From contig NC_057753.1 in the NCBI RefSeq assembly GCF_004010195.1, forward strand, positions 10,458,351 through 10,499,886: 41,536 nucleotides of DNA, in the 5' to 3' direction. Under the pieces are notes generated by a model, which did not search any database, was not told the origin of the DNA, and was given only the letters and a program-made list of their open reading frames with translations. Below are positions 34,471 through 41,536 of this stretch, piece by piece. The DNA comes from Chiloscyllium plagiosum (taxonomy: Eukaryota). The position numbers were made by a program, and so were the translations under genes. The number at the start of each line of letters is the position of its first letter. Position 1 is the first letter of the stretch.

Positions 34471-34838
34471 GACCAACGTTTACCAGTCTGTCCGCTCGTC
34501 TGGATTGACTTGCTTTCCCTCCAGCTCCTGCAAACCAATAGTTGAACCCCAGGATGACAGAGGAAATGGAAAAAGGAGGGGAAGGTGAGAAAAGAAAATG
34601 CTGTACGTTAGACAGAAGGAAGTTGCAGTCTGGGGTAAAGCTCATTCTTCATTCAGAGAGACACGAGCAGCCGCTTCAGCAGCTCAAAGTCCACCTTCCG
34701 CATTCAGACAATAGGCGGGCTCTGATTGGCAGGAGGACCAATCACCTTCCGGTCCTCCAGGGTTGACCAAAGGTCGGTCTCCCCGTCCATCAGAACCATG
34801 AGGGGCGGGGCAGCATTGCGATCTCACACATGCGCACT
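34471..34838 (-). promoter_or_regulatory. Second type of promoter/exon-1 module (copy 2)
   Basis: ctgattggc and accaatca (opposed CCAAT boxes), cttccgg, ggggcggggc (34802-34811), catgcgca; ggaggacc...ggtcctcc dyad. Confidence 0.55.
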
Positions 34839-35186
34839 AGCACCTCCATTACTGCCCACGGTTGATAGTGATTTCTGGACCTCAAAGGATTGGAGAGATA
34901 ACGCCACCATTAAAGTAATGAAATCAAATGTCGCATATGCCTTCTTAACCGTCCTGTTCGCATGTTGGTGCAGTATATGTCAGGAGTCAATCTTTTAATC
35001 GAGTTTAGATTTATACACTGAATTAAACACTAAAAGTGTTTAACTCTAAACTGTTTCCAATTCAGTGTCAGTCTGTCGCTCTTGTTCTGTCCTCAAATAA
35101 GGACCGAAACAGTGCCCTCCATGTGTGGATTTTCTTTTAGTTTGCAAATTCCAACCTTCTGTTTCGATAATTTATTAAACGTTACT

Positions 35187-35740
35187 CTTAGGGCATCACT
35201 GGCTGGCCAGCATTTAGTTCCCCTTGAAAAGGTGGTGGTGGCCAGACTTCTTCAACTGCTATGCTCCACACACTGTACAATGCCCTGAGGGAGGGAGTTC
35301 CAGGATTTAGACCCAGCAGCACTGAAGGAACAGCAATATGTTTCTAAGTCAAGATGGTGGGTGGCTTGGAGAGTTATTTGCAAGAGGTTGTGTTCCCAAG
35401 TATCAGTTGTCCTGGTCCTTCTAGATGGAGTTAAAAATCACACAATATCAGGTTATAGTCCAACAGGTTTATTTGGAAGTACTAGCTTTTGGAGCGCTGT
35501 TCCTTCGTCATGTGGTTGTGGAGTATGAAGGAGCAGCTCCAAGCCAGTACACTCCAGTCCAATACTGGCATTTCCAAATCACTTCTAGATGGAAGTGGTT
35601 GTTGGTTTGGAAGGTATTTTCTAAGGATCTTTGGTGAATTTCTGTGGTGCGTCTTGTAGATAGTAATCACGAACTGCTTCTGAACAGTGGAGCAGAGAGA
35701 GTGGATGTTTGTGTGTTTGGTGCCAATCAAGCAGGCTACT
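35187..35740 (-). mobile_element. Old CR1/L2-group LINE 3' fragment with a nested family-A piece (35428-35525)
   Basis: 'gagggagttccaggattt.gacccagc' repeat signature; nested hammerhead motif 35480-35514. Confidence 0.6.
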
Positions 35741-35747
35741 ATGTCAT

Positions 35748-36515
35748 TGAGTCAGAGAGATGTACGGCATGGAAACAGATCTCTCGGTCCAATTCGTTCA
35801 CGCCAACGATATATCCCAACTTACTCTCATTGCACCTGCCTGTACCCAGCCCATATCCATACACCCATCCAGATGCTTTTTAAATGCTTCAATTGCACTA
35901 ACCTCCACCACTTTCTCTGGCAGCCCATTCCACACACGCACCACCCTCTGAGTGAAAAAGTTGTCCCATAGGCATCTTTTATATCTTTCCCCTTTCAACC
36001 GAAACATATGTCCTCTTCGTTCACGCCAACGATATATCCCAATTTACTCTCATTGCACCTGCCTGTACCCAGCCCATATCCCTCCAAATCCTTCCTATTC
36101 ATACACGCATCCAGATGCTTTTTAAATGCTTCAATTGCACGAACCTCCACCACTTTCTCTGGCAGCCCATTCCACACACACACTACCCTCTGAGTGAAAA
36201 GGTTGTCCCATAGGCATCTTTTATATCTTTCCCCTTTCAACCGAAACATATGTCCTCTTGTTCCGGACTTCCCTACCCCAGGAAAAGACCTTGTCTATTC
36301 ACCCTATCCATGCCCCTCATGATTCCCTCAGCCTCCAATGCTCCAGGAAAACAGCCCGAGCCTATTCAACCTCCCCCTATAGCTCAAATCCTCCAACCCT
36401 GGCAACATCCTTGTCAATCTTTTCTGAACCCTTTCAAGTATCACAACATCTTTCCGATAGGAAGGAGACCAGAATTGCACGTAATATTCCAAAAGTGGTC
36501 TAACCAATATCCTGT
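35748..36515 (-). mobile_element. CR1 3' fragment containing a tandem duplication (35793-36015 / 36016-36257)
   Basis: FFTQRVVRVWNGLPEKVVE occurs twice; copies differ by a 19-bp indel and a few substitutions. Confidence 0.9.
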
Positions 36516-37394
36516 TCAATCATATTTTTGTGAATGCCCTAACAATATTTTAAAACTTGGCTTCAGCTAACACAAGTCTCGGTTTCCTAGACTTGTGTAT
36601 TGGCATGTTTGCTTCCTATTTGTCAAATGCAAACTCTGCTGCCTTTCCAGCAGCTTGATTTGGTGATTAAACCTGGCAATGGGATTTCACACGTTCCAGC
36701 AAATAAAAATCCCAGCCTGGCATCCTATTACATTTTGAAGGTAAATAATATTTCAGTAACTTTCTTCACAAACCAGCCAACAGATTATTTCAGCCAGCCA
36801 GTGTGATTAATTCTTCAGGTCAGTTTGAAATGTACTGTTCAGGCAATTAAGTTAATATCTGCAGTTCATCTGATCTACTTTACATAGGACAAATTTGTGA
36901 ATCTCTTGCCCTTTTTTAATGCTATAAAGTTATACTTGTCCAAACATTCCCCGTAGCACATCCTTTCACTTCACATTGCTGCTCTTATTTCCATCTTTCC
37001 CAAAAAATATTTATCGTTTTTTTGTGCCATTGTAATTAAACTGAACATACTGTCCCAGATAAGCAGCAATATTTAAACAAGGCCAAAACTGCTTTTGTCC
37101 CAGTGTTCTGGTTATATTTCCCAATACTTCATTAAAGTATTATCTCATTAAACAGGACAAACAGTGTACTATCATTCCTCAGTTATACAATCGTTTGACT
37201 CATGCGAATAACTCTTAATCTCACTTTAAATCGGAGTTTTCACTAAGTTTTTTTCCATAACTCATCTAAATCCCCTGTATATCTTTAGCACTTACTGAGT
37301 ACGTACTGCTCTCTATTGTAGAGTTTTATGGAAACTTGATAAAGGCTGCAATTGGTTTTGATTCCTTGGTTATTTAAAGATCAGAAGCAACAAG

Positions 37395-38655
37395 AGCTCG
37401 AGAAATCGTGGATCCGTTGGTGATTATTTTCCAGAGTTCGATAGATTCGGGATCAGTTCCTGCGGATTGGAGGGTGGCTAATGTTGTACCACCATGGTGG
37501 GAGAGAGAAAGCAGGAAATTATAGACCAGCTAGTCTAACCTCAGTGGTGGGAAAGTCTATTATAAAGGATGAAATTACGACACATCTGGATAGTAGTAAC
37601 AGGATAGGTCAAAGTCAGTATGGATTTATGAAGGGGAAATCATGCTTGACTAATCTTCTGGAATTTTTTGAGGATGTAACTCTGAAGATGGACAAGGGAG
37701 ATCCAGTAGATGGAATTTCAGAAAGCTTTTGATAAAGTCCCACATAGGAGGTTAGTGAGCAAAATTAGGGCGCATGGTATTGGGGGCAAAGTACTAACTT
37801 GGATTGAAAGTTGGTTGGCTGATAGGAAACAAACAGTAGTCATAAACGGCTCCATTTCGGAATGGCAGGCAGTGACCAGAGGGGTACCGCAGGGGTCAGT
37901 GCTGGGACCGCAGCTTTTTACAATATATATTAATGATATAGAAGATGGTATTAGTAATAACATTAGTAAATCTGCTGATGATACTAAGCTGGGTGGCAGG
38001 GTGAAATGTGAGGAGGATGTTAGGAGATTACAGGGTGACCAAGACAGGTTAGGTGAGTGGTCAGATGCATGGCAGATGCAGTTTAATGCGGATAAATGTA
38101 TGGTTATCCACTTTGGTGGCAAGAACAGGAAGGAAGATTACTACCTAAATTGAATCAATTTAGGTAAAGGGGCAGTACAAAAAGATCTGGGTGTTCTTGT
38201 ACACCAGTCAATGAAGGTAAGCATGCAGGTACAGCAGGTAGTGAAGAAGGCTAATGGTATGCTGGCCTTCATAACAAGAGGGATTGAGTATAGAAGTAAA
38301 GAGGTTCTTCTGCNNNNNNNNNNNNNNNNNNNNNNNNNNNNNNNNNNNNNNNNNNNNNNNNNNNNNNNNNNNNNNNNNNNNNNNNNNNNNNNNNNNNNNN
38401 NNNNNNNNNNNNNNNNNNNNNNNNNNNNNNNNNNNNNNNNNNNNNNTGCTCTGTCCCAGAGGGCAGTGGAGGCCCAGTCTCTGGGTTCATTTAAGAAAGA
38501 GTTGGGTAGAGCTCTCAAGGATAGTGGAATCAAGGGTTATGGAGATAAGGCAGGAACAGGATACTGATTAAGGATGATCAGCCATGATCATATTGAATGG
38601 TGGTGCAGGTTCGAAGGGCAGAATGGTCTACTCCTGCACCTATTGTCTATTGTCT
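37395..38655 (+). mobile_element. 5'-truncated CR1 LINE with RT domain, 6-bp TSD
   Basis: GNYRPASLTSVVGK, FQKAFDKVPH, GVPQGSVLGP, ADDTKLGG; (CTATTGT)n tail; aacaag at 37389-37394 and 38656-38661. Confidence 0.95.
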
Positions 38656-39399
38656 AACAAGCATCTAATGGCCTTAGTATTCCACTCAACACCATCCCCT
38701 CAGTCTCAACTCAACTCTTTCCAGTTGCACATTTTCTTATTTTTGAACTAAATTCTTAGTTTGATTTCCCATGGAGCTAGGATAGTCTTACACCTAATAA
38801 ATGCAGAAATTAAATGCTTTTGCTGGGTTCAAACTTTAACATGGAATGATAGATTATGACCACCAGGGGCTGTGTAAGCAATTAAAGTGCGAGATACTTA
38901 GTATAGTTTTCAAAACTGAATTGCATCAATTGAATGTCCTGGGGGTTTGTTTACAGATTAAAACTCAATGTCCAATGTCTTGAGCTGCTACCACTAGCTC
39001 TGGAAAATCCTTCATAAATTACTAATTCAACTTTTCTAAAATAGTTCAAAAAATCTTCACTCGACCAATAAAGTTTCTAAATCTTCATTTATTCAGAGTT
39101 GGGGTTTTTTTCCCAGTTCAATGAGACCCATTTCCATTAGAATCAGCATTGAAAAATTCAACATCACATCTTTCTAGTTATTAGATAATATTTTTTAAAT
39201 TAATAAAATCCTATGCTGTTTTCATCCCTTAAATCAAATCAAAGGATAATTGAAATTGCTATTTACACAGAAAACAGCTAACCAGTAATTATCAAAGGCA
39301 GATTGCTAGGCAAAGACTCCACTTATAATTCACCATATCTCCAGCATACACCTATTGTAATCTTCTTAAAATGAATTGTTCTAAACTCTCAGTTTATAG

Positions 39400-40030
39400 T
39401 CAGCAATGTGCATTGATGTAATCCTGGATGGTATCAAGCTTTTTGAATGTTGTTGAAGCTGCACCCATCCAAGCTGGCGGGAGAGTATTCCATTACACTG
39501 CTGACTTGTGCCTTGTCGAAGATAGACAGGTTTTGGGAGTCAGGAGATGAGTTACTCGCCCCAGTATTCCTGACCTCTGACCTGCTCTTGTAGCCACTAT
39601 GCATATGTGGCTAGTTGAGTTGAGTTTCTGGTAAATGGTAAACTCCAAGGATGTTGATAGTGGGGTATTTAGTGACAGTAACACTGTTGAATATCACAGG
39701 ACAGTGGTCAGACTCTCTTTTGTGGATGAGTCATTGCTTGGCATTTGCATGGCACACATGTTACTTGCCACTCATCAGCCCATTGGATATTGTTAAGATT
39801 TTGTCACATTTCAAACTGAACTCCTTCAATTTGGGAGGAGTTGTAAATCATGTTGAACATTGTTCACCAATAATTGCACATCGCCACTTCTGACCTTATG
39901 ATGCAAGAAGGTCATTGATGAAGATGGTTGAGCCAAGGACACTACCCTATGAACTCCTGCAGAGATGTCCTGGAGCTGAGATGACTGACCTCCAATACCC
40001 ATAGCCATCTTTCTATGTGCTGGGTATGAC
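39400..40030 (-). mobile_element. Old CR1/L2-group LINE RT fragment
   Basis: rc GQSSQLQDISAGVHRVV (decayed GVPQGS region) and AGQRSGILGRVTHLL. Confidence 0.7.
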
Positions 40031-40524
40031 TTAATTATTAAGACACACAAACAATATTTCAAAACTAATTGAAGGAATAGGAATGAGACTGCGTGTCTCC
40101 AGTGAATGTTTATAGATCCAAAAAAAACCTATTTGATAAATGTTGACTTTAATCAACTTTTTTGATCTTGGCAGTTTCCTTTCTCTCCAACATCGTTTCA
40201 TGTTAGCAAGTTGAATTCTTCTTCATTTTCAGGAAAACATTTTACAAAAAGTAACATTCTTAATATCTGTGTAACATTCCGTGGGAAAACTGTTTGTAGT
40301 CTGCCAATTGGAGAGAATTTCTCTGAAAGTATTTGACAAATGCACAGCTTCCACAAGATCCAGTGTTCCCAAAGTTAGAGTACTTTTGGCAGCCCCTTTA
40401 TATTTTCCAGAATTCCCAGGATCAGGGACATGTGCCACTTGTACCCACCACAAATCTCCTGAAACTGGGTGCACGAAAAAAACCAGCAGGAAGATCAGTA
40501 AAAAGGTCTGGTTTTGGTAATAGA

Positions 40525-41180
40525 GTTATAGACTTATAGTCACACTGCACAGAAACACCCTTTGGTTCAACTCACCCATGCTGGCCAGATGTCCCAATCT
40601 GACCCAGTCCCAAGATTTGGCCCTTATCCCTTTTATCCCAAAATATTCCTCCAGTAACCTTAAGTGTTGTAATTGTACCCACCTGCACTACTTTCTCTGG
40701 CAGGTTGTTTCACACGCACACCACCCTCTGCAGGAAAATGTTGCCCCTTTGTAAACCTTCCCCCCTCTCACCTTCAATTTATACCCTCTAGTTCTGGACT
40801 CCCCCACCCTGGGAAAAAGACCTTGGCAATTTGCCATATCCTTGCCCCTCATGATTTTATAAACTCTATCAGGTCACCCCTCAGACTCCAACGCTCCAAA
40901 GTAAAAGAGCCCCAGCATCTCCCTATAACTCAAAACCTCCAGTCCTGGCAACATCCCTGTAAATCTTTTCTGCAGCCTCTCAAGTTTAACAGGGTTCTTC
41001 CAAATGAATGGCGACTAGACTTCCATGCCGTGTCCTAAAAGTAGTCTCACCAGTGTCCTGTAGCCACAACAGGACGTCCCAACGCCTCTACTCAATGCGA
41101 TGATCAATGAAAGCAAGCATTCCCTTCACAATCCTGTCTTCCTGCAACTCCATTTCAAGGAATTATGTGCTGCATTCCTG
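40525..41180 (-). mobile_element. CR1 LINE 3' fragment
   Basis: rc tail 'tagagttatagacttatagtca' and CR1 ORF2 C-terminal similarity. Confidence 0.8.
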
Positions 41181-41204
41181 GGACAATTTGTTTGTTCTAT
41201 TCTT

Positions 41205-41536
41205 TAGACCTAGTTTTGTTTTAAAAGGTTACTTTCAGAGGGATGGCAGTGAAAGCAGTGCAATGTTCCTCTTGCAACATGTTTGAGGTGAGGGATGCCA
41301 TGGACGTCCCTGCTGATTACACTTGCAGGAAGTGCACCCATCTCCAGCTCCTCCAAGACCGTGTTAGGGAACTGGAGCTGGAGTTGGATGAACTTAGGAA
41401 CATTCGGGAGGCAGAGGGGGATCATAGATCGGAGCTTTAGGGAAGTAGTAACTCCAAAGATGGCAGATAGATGGGTGACAGTGAGGGGGACTGGGAGGAA
41501 GCAGCCAGTGCAGGGAACCCCTGCGGCCGTTCCCCT
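41205..41536 (+). mobile_element. CR1 LINE 5' region, ORF1 N-terminus (zinc finger + leucine zipper), frameshifted, runs off the window
   Basis: MAVKAVQCSSCNMFEV...YTCRKCTHLQLLQDRVRELELELDELR from 41243. Confidence 0.85.

Noticed and set aside
40229..40510. Minus-strand ORF with a signal-peptide-like start as a host exon
   Set aside because: No ATG or clear splice sites; a diverged copy at 30392-30512 points to a repeat

Overview
Eukaryotic, repeat-dense DNA from an elasmobranch (shark/ray), judged from HE1-type V-SINEs, HER1/CR1 LINEs and a shark-style C2H2 zinc-finger exon; it is a draft assembly with four N gaps (650-662, 29463-29524, 32484-32829, 38314-38446). It looks like part of a decaying, segmentally duplicated C2H2-ZNF cluster. 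There is one frameshifted ZNF gene on the minus strand (non-coding exon 1 ending at 20415, coding exon ~18295-18990) and five further copies of related promoter/exon-1 modules with no coding exon in the window. Other contents: an isolated QSOX (QSOX2-like) first exon with its CpG island, three separate endogenous-retrovirus remnants (env tail+PPT; gag-like+integrase; integrase+gamma-type env), many CR1 fragments, a Rex1/Babar fragment and Penelope-like elements. The most striking sequence-level signal is about 19 minimal hammerhead-ribozyme motifs in three families, several inside short inverted-repeat insertions with clear target-site duplications. No clearly intact protein-coding gene was found. 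All calls were made by eye without database searches, so element boundaries are approximate.
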